DNA of 64,000 nucleotides from an uncultured Candidatus Saccharibacteria bacterium (lineage in GTDB: Bacteria; Patescibacteriota; Minisyncoccia; Phycocordibacterales; DATDWN01): the NCBI GenBank assembly GCA_964551495.1, contig CAZKCA010000002.1, positions 19,648-83,647 of the forward strand, read 5' to 3'. Every line of letters begins with the position of its first letter. Within the stretch, counting starts at the first letter, position 1. Positions 48,003 to 56,029 of this stretch are shown here, one piece after another. The position numbers and the translations under genes are program-made. The notes beneath the pieces were generated by a model that saw nothing but the letters and a program-made list of their open reading frames with translations, did not search any database and was not told the origin of the DNA.

Positions 48003-48383
48003 TTATTTCTTATCAGCCGCCTTTCTTCCAGTTCCCATAGTCTTTCTAACATTACCTCTACGAGTACGAGAATTTGTTTTTGTTCTTTGTCCTCTAGAAG
48101 GCAAACCTCTTTGGTGCCTAGAACCTCTATATGAACTAATATCTTTTAATCTTTTTATATTACCAGCCACCTCTCTTTTCAAATCACCTTCAATCTTGTG
48201 ATTTTCAACAATTTTCCTAATAGCATTTTCTTCGTCTATAGTCAGGTCTTTTGATTTCTTATCAAAAGGAACTTTAGCTTCTTTTAGTATTTTTTGAGCC
48301 AAAGGACGACCTATACCATAAAGGATAGTTAGGCCAATTTCAATTCTTTTTTCTTCTGGTATTGTTATTCCTAGTATACGCAT
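48003..48383 (-). CDS. rpsM: ribosomal protein S13 (start at internal Met; the longer ORF extension overlaps rpmJ)
   Basis: MRILGITIPEEKRIEIGLTILYGIGRPLAQKIL is the canonical S13 start. Confidence 0.9.
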   Translation of the reverse strand: MRILGITIPEEKRIEIGLTILYGIGRPLAQKILKEAKVPFDKKSKDLTIDEENAIRKIVENHKIEGDLKREVAGNIKRLKDISSYRGSRHQRGLPSRGQRTKTNSRTRRGNVRKTMGTGRKAADKK

Positions 48384-48387
48384 AATT

Positions 48388-48504
48388 TTAACCTTGTCTC
48401 TGTTTGTGTCTTGCGTTAGCTTTACATACAACATAAACATAGCCCTTTCTTCGGACTACCTGACACTTTGGACAAATTTTTTTAACTGAAGATTTTACTT
48501 TCAT
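48388..48504 (-). CDS. rpmJ: ribosomal protein L36
   Basis: Reverse-strand translation gives [38 protein letters not shown], 38 aa with the L36 zinc ribbon. Not in the ORF track because it is too short. Confidence 0.85.
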   Translation of the reverse strand: MKVKSSVKKICPKCQVVRRKGYVYVVCKANARHKQRQG

Positions 48505-48505
48505 T

Positions 48506-48727
48506 TTATACTCTTTTAACTATTCTACCCTTTCCTCCGTAAGGATCTATTTCCACTATAACCTTATCCCCAACAAGGACACGGATTCTATGCAAGCGCA
48601 TTTTACCTGAAAGATAGGTCAACATCTCTTCGCCATTATCATCACGCTTCACCTTGAAAAATGTGTTCGGCAAAGCCTCAGTAACAACCCCAGATATTGA
48701 AATATCTTTTTTATTCTGTTCTTGCAT
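48506..48727 (-). CDS. infA: translation initiation factor IF-1
   Basis: [51 protein letters not shown] is the S1-like IF-1 fold. Confidence 0.9.
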   Translation of the reverse strand: MQEQNKKDISISGVVTEALPNTFFKVKRDDNGEEMLTYLSGKMRLHRIRVLVGDKVIVEIDPYGGKGRIVKRV

Positions 48728-48791
48728 TACAATTTAATCAATGGGTTACATACTAGCAGAATAGAGCCTAGTTAGTCAAGTCTTTATTTGG

Positions 48792-50198
48792 CTAAATCTC
48801 TAGGGTATTTACAAGTTTGACCTTTTCTTCATTTTTAGGTACAGACATAAACCAAAAAGGTTTGATCTCTATAGTGGCTTCTTTTATGGCTGGATACCTT
48901 GATATAGCCTCCTTTACATCATTTTTTGATAAACCTGTTATTTCCGATACTAGAGAATTCTGGTCAAAAAGCCAGACTAATTGAGGTTGTCCTTCTAATT
49001 TAAAGCTTAAATTGCCTGTATTTTGTATATCAGAGATATTTCCTGTAAATGAAAAGTTGAGCTCATCCAAGTTAGAAATTTTAATATTCTGATCAGCAAT
49101 ATTTGGAGAAGTTGCCTCAATAATTTCTCTTGTAAGAGTAACTCTATCAAAAATAAATGCTGTTGCTGTGGCTTTTTTATTAATTATAGCTTTATCTCCT
49201 GATCCGCCCACTTGAGTCGGCGAAGAAAAAGAATAATTTACACTGTTTTTATACATCACAAAATTAGCAGGTATTTGACCTTCTATTTCAGAAGAAAGTA
49301 GATTTTTTAGTTCTTCTTCTAATTCTTTACTTGCTGTTCCAAGATTCTCTTCAGATACAACCCTCCTCTCTCCAACAAAACCACCTGTCATATCAGTTTT
49401 TGAGCGAGCATATACTTGCTCATATTTAGCAGTACCTTTAAAGCCAGGAACAGTAAAATCTTTAAGTCCTATGTTATATCTGTCCCCAGTCTGGTCAGCT
49501 TCTACTTGAGTATCAATACTTCCGGGAACTGTTTTACCATCTTTTACTGTTCTGGCGGGAACTGTTATTGCATTTGGGATCCTATAAACTAGACCTTCTG
49601 GTGTTTCAAATCTTGTAGTAGCAATGAGTCTTTGCGATTCGGCTGTGTTATTAAAAACAGTTATTGTTCCTTTAGCCTTAACACTGACATTTTCTGAACC
49701 AGAAGCGGAAACCTCTTTAGAGACCTCTTTAGAAACACTTACTATTTGAAAACCCAAAGTTGTTCCTACAGCATCCTTTCGTGCTGTAAAAGATGAATCC
49801 AAAGCCACAACCTGACTATGAGGAGTTATTGTTATAACAGCTTGTTTAAATAATGCTGAAATAGCAAATCCTATAATTAGGATAGCAACAATAACAGCAA
49901 CATACAGTATTTTTTTGCTTGGTTTTTTTACTTCATCTTCATATTCATAATGATAGGTGTTTTCTTTTGTTTCTGATTGTTTAGAAGGCTTAACAGGTGT
50001 GTTTACATCAACATCTTTTTTTATTGAAACTGGCCTAGAAAACTCCTGCTCATCATAATCATCTTTTGTGCTAACCCTAGAAACATCATTTGATATAGAA
50101 GATCTTCTAGATCTATTTGGTAACTCTATGTTTCGTATAGATCTTTTTGATGGCAAAACATCTTGAACTAGATTTTTTTTATTTGATTCGTTTTTCAT
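48792..50198 (-). CDS. hypothetical bitopic membrane protein (about 105-aa basic cytoplasmic N-terminus, one TM, about 340-aa extracytoplasmic domain)
   Basis: 468 aa with TM ILYVAVIVAILIIGFAISALF. Immediately downstream of the FtsA/PilM-like gene; possibly a PilN/O- or FtsQ-like partner, but no motif support. Confidence 0.4.
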   Translation of the reverse strand: MKNESNKKNLVQDVLPSKRSIRNIELPNRSRRSSISNDVSRVSTKDDYDEQEFSRPVSIKKDVDVNTPVKPSKQSETKENTYHYEYEDEVKKPSKKILYVAVIVAILIIGFAISALFKQAVITITPHSQVVALDSSFTARKDAVGTTLGFQIVSVSKEVSKEVSASGSENVSVKAKGTITVFNNTAESQRLIATTRFETPEGLVYRIPNAITVPARTVKDGKTVPGSIDTQVEADQTGDRYNIGLKDFTVPGFKGTAKYEQVYARSKTDMTGGFVGERRVVSEENLGTASKELEEELKNLLSSEIEGQIPANFVMYKNSVNYSFSSPTQVGGSGDKAIINKKATATAFIFDRVTLTREIIEATSPNIADQNIKISNLDELNFSFTGNISDIQNTGNLSFKLEGQPQLVWLFDQNSLVSEITGLSKNDVKEAISRYPAIKEATIEIKPFWFMSVPKNEEKVKLVNTLEI

Positions 50199-50244
50199 AT
50201 TTCTTATGAAATTTTAACTCATTATTTGCCAATTGAAAAGAAAA

Positions 50245-51465
50245 CTACCTGTGAATAGTGTACTTATGGAACAAAGACAGTATAGCAATAAATTCACTAT
50301 GTTTGGCATCTGATTTAAAACTGACTAATCTATTTAATAAATCCTTAGATAAACCTATCTTGTTTAAATTTTTTCTAAAACTTGCGGTACTATCACTTTT
50401 CGATAAATTAAAAAAATCCATATATATAGGAGCAACATCTTCTTCCGAAGTTATATATAGAGTTGTGGGCAAAAGCATTTCTGGTGATAATTTCATAAGT
50501 GAATCTTCTAAATATATGGCCCATTCTTTTTCTACATCAGAAAATATATCAACCATTCTTTCTGTCATATTGGTATCGGTTTTCTTTTTATTAAACATAT
50601 GCATAAAAGATTCTGCTATTTCAAAAGAAACACCAAAAACCTTGGCTATCTGTTTTATAATAAAATTTCTACCAATAGGAAAAGAAGATGTTGATACTAT
50701 TGTTCCATTTCTAACTAAAGCAAAACAAGTCATCTCTGAAGTTATATCCATTAAAATATAATTGATTGTTTTTGGATAAAGAAAACCTAAAACATTAAAT
50801 GAAACAAAAGGAAAAGTGTGTATATAAATATCATTATCGTCCAAATGTGTATGGGTTTTTATTATTTTTCTGACACTAGAAACCATCTGATCTAGAACGA
50901 GACTCATGTAAACACTTAATTCTAGATTTTTGGTTTTTTTGCCTATACTTTTTTCTACAAAATACCCGTTTACTTTTGTCCTAGTTATAGCTTTTTCTAC
51001 ATAAGAGTTATCTCCTTTATGGAAAAAATCATCAGATTCTGAAACTTCTTTTATAAAAACTTCTGATTCTTTTTCCAAAACACTTTTCAAAAAATTTTCA
51101 GTAATCAAAAATTCTTTTTCTTGGTTTATCTTTATTTCTTTTGTTTTAGATAAAAACCAAGGAGAAGAAAAAGAAACCAATACATTGTCTACTCTTTTGT
51201 TGTGTTTCTTTTTGTTAAAATACTGACTTGTAAAAGTTTTCTTGATTGACTCTACAACAACCCTGTTCAACATTTTTTCAAAATGGGAAATTATTGTTTC
51301 TATATCAGAATCTAAACCAATTGAAATAGGAAAAACAGTGTTGGTTAAAATATAAGGAGAGCTGTTACCTTTGTAAATAGCAGAAGCAACAGAAATGCTT
51401 CCATTACCTATATCTATAAGTAGGGATATTTCATCTTTTTTACTAAAAAGACTTTTAAGAAACAT
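50245..51465 (-). CDS. actin-fold ATPase of the FtsA/PilM family
   Basis: N-terminal phosphate-1 motif LLIDIGNGSISVASAI, matching the DIG motif of FtsA/PilM/MreB. 406 aa with no TM. Confidence 0.45.
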   Translation of the reverse strand: MFLKSLFSKKDEISLLIDIGNGSISVASAIYKGNSSPYILTNTVFPISIGLDSDIETIISHFEKMLNRVVVESIKKTFTSQYFNKKKHNKRVDNVLVSFSSPWFLSKTKEIKINQEKEFLITENFLKSVLEKESEVFIKEVSESDDFFHKGDNSYVEKAITRTKVNGYFVEKSIGKKTKNLELSVYMSLVLDQMVSSVRKIIKTHTHLDDNDIYIHTFPFVSFNVLGFLYPKTINYILMDITSEMTCFALVRNGTIVSTSSFPIGRNFIIKQIAKVFGVSFEIAESFMHMFNKKKTDTNMTERMVDIFSDVEKEWAIYLEDSLMKLSPEMLLPTTLYITSEEDVAPIYMDFFNLSKSDSTASFRKNLNKIGLSKDLLNRLVSFKSDAKHSEFIAILSLFHKYTIHR

Positions 51466-51469
51466 GACT

Positions 51470-53314
51470 TTATTGTAACACAGCTTTAATTCTTCTTACT
51501 CCTGTGGAAATCCCCTCCTCTTTGGAAATTTTAAATTTTCCCAAAACGCCCGTATTTTCTACATGTGGACCACCACAAAATTCTTTTGAATAAGCAGTAT
51601 CTATAGAATCTCCTATGAAATAAACGCTGACTTCATCTCCATAAGTATCATTGAAAAAATGTAGTGCTCCAGTTTTTTCAGCATCTTCTTTTTTCATAAC
51701 AACTCTATTTACGGGCAGATTTTCTTTTATTTTCTGATTTACAATTTCCTCTACTTTTTGTTTTTGTTCATCTGTCATTTTTTCAGGATGAGAAAAATCA
51801 AAACGAAGTCTTTCGGCTGTTATGTTGCTTCCTTTTTGTGAGACATGGTCACCCAAAACATCCCTAAGAGCTTGGTGGAGCAAATGTGTAGCTGTGTGGT
51901 ATTTTGTTTCCATTTCTCCGTGTCCACCCAGTCCCCCTTTGAATTTTTGTTCTGCCCCAGCACGAGAAAGCTCTTGATGCTTTTTGAATAAATCGTTAAA
52001 TTCGTTTTCTGCAATCAATATATTTTTCTTGAGTGCAATTTCTTTAGTTAATTCAGGAGGAAAACCATAGGTTTGATAAAGATCAAAAACAACTTCTCCT
52101 GGCAAAAATTTATTTTTTTCTAAATGTTCAGCTAAATCATAATGCTCACCATTTAAACTGTTTTTATTCTCTACAATAAAATCTACTGCCTTATTAAACT
52201 GAAGCAAACCTTTATTAAGAGTTTTATCAAACTTTTCTGATTCTTTATTTATTACATCAACAATCTCTTCTCTTTTTTCTTTTATATTTTGATAAACATT
52301 CCCATACACAGAAACAATAGAATCTACAATTTTTTCTATTTCTATTTTTTCTAATTTCCTATCTTTTGTATTAAATACAGCTCTTCTTATAAGTCTTCGC
52401 AAGATATACCCTTGATCTGTGTTACTTGGCAAAACTCCATCTGAAATCATAAATACCGAAGCTCTCATGTGATCAGAAATAATTCTCTGAGATTTTAAAT
52501 TATCTGATATCTCTTTTGTAGTTTCCATTATCGGCTCAAACAAATCTGTATCGAAAATATTATCTCTACCTTGCATCACAGCAACAACTCTTTCAAAACC
52601 AGAACCAGTATCTACATTTTTATTTTCCAATTTTCCAATAACCTTTCCGTCTTTTTTGACATACTCCATAAAAACATCATTCCAGATCTCAACAACTCTT
52701 TGTTCATCATCTGCTTTTAGGTACTCTTCCAAAGTCATACCCTCTGTAAGTTTTCCTGTAAGATCATAAAACATTTCTGTATCTGGACCACAAGGACCAT
52801 TGTCTCCCGGAGACCACCAGTTTTTATCTGCTGGCCTAAAATAAATTCTTTCTCCTTCTATATTATTTTTTTCAAAAATTTCTTTCCAGATTTTGTAAGA
52901 CTCTTCATCTCTTGGAGCATTTTCATCCCCTTCAAAGCAAGTAACATAAAGCCTTCTAGGATCAAGCTCTAGACCTTCTTCTTTTGAAGTTAGAAACTCA
53001 AAACTCCATTCTATGGCCTCTTTTTTGAAATAATCCCCCAAAGACCAGTTTCCCATCATCTCAAAGAAAGTAGCGTGAGTATTGTCTCCTATTTCGTCTA
53101 TATCCCCCGTCCTAACACACTTTTGAATATTAGCCAGACGAGTTCCTTTTGGATGTTTTTCACCTAAAAGATATGGGGCTAGAGGTTGCATACCGGCAGT
53201 AGTAAAAAGGACAGAAGGATCATTTTCTGGTACAAGTGAATATGAAGGAATTATGGCATGTCCTCTATTTTCGAAAAATTTTAAAAACCGCTTTCGTATT
53301 TCTTCAGATTTCAT
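51470..53314 (-). CDS. alaS: alanyl-tRNA synthetase, short form (catalytic + editing domains, no C-Ala domain)
   Basis: FTTAGMQPLAPY...FEMMGNWSLGDYFK class II core; editing-domain HxxxH HTATHLLHQALRDVLGDHVSQKGS and CGGPH. Only 614 aa. Confidence 0.9.
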   Translation of the reverse strand: MKSEEIRKRFLKFFENRGHAIIPSYSLVPENDPSVLFTTAGMQPLAPYLLGEKHPKGTRLANIQKCVRTGDIDEIGDNTHATFFEMMGNWSLGDYFKKEAIEWSFEFLTSKEEGLELDPRRLYVTCFEGDENAPRDEESYKIWKEIFEKNNIEGERIYFRPADKNWWSPGDNGPCGPDTEMFYDLTGKLTEGMTLEEYLKADDEQRVVEIWNDVFMEYVKKDGKVIGKLENKNVDTGSGFERVVAVMQGRDNIFDTDLFEPIMETTKEISDNLKSQRIISDHMRASVFMISDGVLPSNTDQGYILRRLIRRAVFNTKDRKLEKIEIEKIVDSIVSVYGNVYQNIKEKREEIVDVINKESEKFDKTLNKGLLQFNKAVDFIVENKNSLNGEHYDLAEHLEKNKFLPGEVVFDLYQTYGFPPELTKEIALKKNILIAENEFNDLFKKHQELSRAGAEQKFKGGLGGHGEMETKYHTATHLLHQALRDVLGDHVSQKGSNITAERLRFDFSHPEKMTDEQKQKVEEIVNQKIKENLPVNRVVMKKEDAEKTGALHFFNDTYGDEVSVYFIGDSIDTAYSKEFCGGPHVENTGVLGKFKISKEEGISTGVRRIKAVLQ

Positions 53315-53369
53315 ATATAGATTATATTTACATAAAATAAGCCTTTTTGGAAGATTATCGTGTACAAAA

Positions 53370-53491
53370 AAACAAACTCGTTGAGTTGATATGATTTTGG
53401 AGACTTCGCAGTCGGGTAGACGAGACCGAGCGATTTTTCAGCAGAAAAATACGCGTGCTCCAAAATTATATCAATGAAAAAGAGTTTGTTT
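53370..53491 (+). repeat. nested-palindromic repeat element, family 1, copy D (between alaS 5' end and the EamA gene)
   Basis: Outer IR AAACAAACTCGTTGAGTTGATATGA / TATATCAATGAAAAAGAGTTTGTTT; inner TTTTGGAG/CTCCAAAA. Conserved core segment ...GAGACCGAGCGATTTTTCAGCAGAAAAATACGCGTG. Confidence 0.8.
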
Positions 53492-53498
53492 AAAAATT

Positions 53499-53921
53499 TT
53501 ATTTCAAAATAGTCAAAAAGGCTCCAGTTGCAATCATAGCAACTCCGACTATTTTATAAACAGTAAACCCTTCTGACAAAAATAGTCCAGCCAAAATTGC
53601 TACAAAAACAATACTTAACCTATCTATAGCAGAAACAGTTGTTGCATCCCCATTTTTTAGAGCAAAAAAATAGAAAAGCCAAGATAAAGCTCCTGCAACT
53701 CCAGAAAAAACAATAAACAAAAACTCTCTTGACCCAAAAAAGTCTGTAGAAAAACCATTAAATTTTTTAAGTGAAAAAGAAACCAATATTAGAAACAAAG
53801 CCATTACAACAGAACGAATTGTTGTCGCCAAAGTTGAATCAATATCTTTTAATCCTATTTTTCCAAAAATAGCAACAAGAGAAGCAAAAACAGCTGATAA
53901 AATTGCAAATAATATCCACAT
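53499..53921 (-). CDS. EamA-domain (DMT superfamily) small transporter, single 4-TM repeat
   Basis: 140 aa, 4 TM helices. Conserved FGKIGLK and ALKNGDATTVSAIDRLS of EamA. Confidence 0.6.
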   Translation of the reverse strand: MWILFAILSAVFASLVAIFGKIGLKDIDSTLATTIRSVVMALFLILVSFSLKKFNGFSTDFFGSREFLFIVFSGVAGALSWLFYFFALKNGDATTVSAIDRLSIVFVAILAGLFLSEGFTVYKIVGVAMIATGAFLTILK

Positions 53922-53926
53922 AAGTT

Positions 53927-54532
53927 TTAAATATATTTTTTAAGTATTTGAAAATCTTTTAATAAACTTTCTTTGTTCTTACCATTATACAGTGCTACAG
54001 CTGGATGATACAAAGGAACAATAGAAACTTTTCCATAACCCCACTGACCTACGAACTCTTTTCCATGAGCTTCTGTTATTGAATATTTCTCTTTTATTCC
54101 AAACTTTTCTATTATATAAACCATAGAAAATCTACCTAGAGTAGCTATTACTTTTGGTTGTATTATGTCTATCTGTCTATCTAAAAAAGAGGAATAGAGT
54201 CTTATTTCTTGGGGGGACGGATCTCTATTTTCTGGGGGTCTGTCTTTAACAACATTTGTTATATAAACATCTTCCCTTTTCAAATTTATAGAAGATAGCA
54301 TTTCATCTAAAAATTTTCCTGACCTTCCACAAAAAGGTCTTGCTGTTTCAGCTTCATTTTTTCCCGGAGCCTCGCCTATAAACATTACACTTGCAAAATG
54401 ACTTCCTTCTCCTACTACAGGAAAATATTTATTTTTTATCCTATATTCATACAAAGGAGATTCTTTAAAAGAAAGAAGTTCATCTCTAATTTCTTTCATC
54501 TTTTCAAATCTTTCTTCCTTTGAAAGTGACAT
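53927..54532 (-). CDS. uracil-DNA glycosylase, family 4
   Basis: MFIGEAPG (GEAPG motif), FCGRSG, and C-terminal PLYHPAVALYN, which is HPSPLN-like. Confidence 0.8.
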   Translation of the reverse strand: MSLSKEERFEKMKEIRDELLSFKESPLYEYRIKNKYFPVVGEGSHFASVMFIGEAPGKNEAETARPFCGRSGKFLDEMLSSINLKREDVYITNVVKDRPPENRDPSPQEIRLYSSFLDRQIDIIQPKVIATLGRFSMVYIIEKFGIKEKYSITEAHGKEFVGQWGYGKVSIVPLYHPAVALYNGKNKESLLKDFQILKKYI

Positions 54533-54533
54533 T

Positions 54534-55151
54534 TTATTTTTTGTTTCTATTTACCCACCAATTACTCTTTTGACTTTTCTTGTCATACCACCAATCATTT
54601 GAATCTGTCTTCATTATTTCCTTGGCTATTGTTTTAGCGGTATCTGTTTTTAATCTTTTTATTGCAGAATCAATCCAAGTTAACGCTCTTGTATTACCAG
54701 TATCAATTTCTTCTTTCAAAGAAAGTATCCACTCCAAGTTATCTGCATCTTTTACAAGAATTGATTCTGGACTTTTTCTTTCTTCATACTCTTCAATTAA
54801 ATTATAAAATGTTTCTCCAAAAGGCACAGAGGCGGCAATATCTTTATGGGCTTCGTGTTCTTTTCTTTCTACATATTTTTGATGAACATAATTTAAGTCA
54901 GATATTCTTGTTTCTGAAATATCATGAAGAAGTGCCATCTGCAACACCTTAGAAATATCCACTTTACCATCCATAAGCGCTAGAACGTAAGCAATAAAAC
55001 ATGCTCTATTTACATGTTCTGCAACAGTCTGATCTCCTGTGCCCAAAAAATGAAAACCGCTTCTTGGTGTTTTAGCCAAAATTCCTACTTCAAAAAGGAA
55101 ATTCGTTATTTTCTTTATGTCCCCCTTTCCTTTTTTCATATTTTTTTTCAT
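54534..55151 (-). CDS. HD-domain phosphohydrolase (YfbR-like 5'-deoxynucleotidase family)
   Basis: H...HD...D arrangement: VAEHVNRACFIAYV, LLHDISETRISDL, KDADNLEW. Confidence 0.7.
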   Translation of the reverse strand: MKKNMKKGKGDIKKITNFLFEVGILAKTPRSGFHFLGTGDQTVAEHVNRACFIAYVLALMDGKVDISKVLQMALLHDISETRISDLNYVHQKYVERKEHEAHKDIAASVPFGETFYNLIEEYEERKSPESILVKDADNLEWILSLKEEIDTGNTRALTWIDSAIKRLKTDTAKTIAKEIMKTDSNDWWYDKKSQKSNWWVNRNKK

Positions 55152-55155
55152 ATTT

Positions 55156-56001
55156 TTATAACAAACTTATCTCCATTAAAACTTTGTTTATTTTTTCTTT
55201 CGGAACACCTATATCTTCCAATAGTTCTGTATTTTCTTCTATTGTTTTACACAACACAATACCTTTATCTAATAGTTCTTTTTTCTCTCTTCCATCCAAA
55301 GTTCCTAAGCAGGTTAAAGGATGAAGTTTTGCCTTGACTATCATATCCCGCAAATTTCCTTCTGGTGGATAATTCCAACCAATAAGTTTAAGTCCTCCTT
55401 GGCAGGAGCCGTATTCAATAGCTGTGGTAGTAAATTTTGTATTTGTGACAATCCAACCTTCATCCAATTTTCTTTCTCTTCCACCATAGTTAAAACTGAC
55501 ACTATTTAAATCATCAAAACGAGCTTTTACATACAAAGCCACTTTTAAATCTGATTTTACGCCAAGTTGATTGTGGAACTTTGCCTCCACCATTATTAGT
55601 TTTTCTTCATTCCAAGCAACAACATCTATCTCATGTTCAACACAATGACCTTTAACAGTCTGACCTGTTAAAGTCTCATACCCCATTCTATTAAAAATCT
55701 CCGCAACAAATTTCTCAAACGGAAAACCTGAGGGTCCAAGTTCCATTATGGCCCTTTTCAAAGAATACTTTAAAGCAACTGGTTGATCTTTTTTATACAA
55801 AAGCTCAAAAGCATGATTATAAATATCATGAGTAGTCATTCCATCTTTTATATAGTATGAAGTCTGAGAAACAATATCTAAAACCTCTTCTTCTGTTGCT
55901 CCAGATTTTCTTAAAGAATCTTCTAATTTTGAATTATCAAATAGTTCTTTTGTTCCATCTGCCTTTAATATGTATTTTGGTTCTGTATTCATAAAAACCA
56001 T
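55156..56001 (-). CDS. ATP-cone domain fused to Mrr-type PD-(D/E)xK restriction-endonuclease-like domain
   Basis: N-terminal KYILKADGTKELFDNSKLEDSLRKSGATEEEV matches the ATP-cone pattern of NrdR/RNR. Central HEIDVVAWNEEKLIMVEAKFH has D...E-x-K spacing, as in the Mrr catalytic domain. Confidence 0.5.
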   Translation of the reverse strand: MVFMNTEPKYILKADGTKELFDNSKLEDSLRKSGATEEEVLDIVSQTSYYIKDGMTTHDIYNHAFELLYKKDQPVALKYSLKRAIMELGPSGFPFEKFVAEIFNRMGYETLTGQTVKGHCVEHEIDVVAWNEEKLIMVEAKFHNQLGVKSDLKVALYVKARFDDLNSVSFNYGGRERKLDEGWIVTNTKFTTTAIEYGSCQGGLKLIGWNYPPEGNLRDMIVKAKLHPLTCLGTLDGREKKELLDKGIVLCKTIEENTELLEDIGVPKEKINKVLMEISLL

Positions 56002-56029
56002 TATCTCATAAAGGTATTGCTATTTCCAA

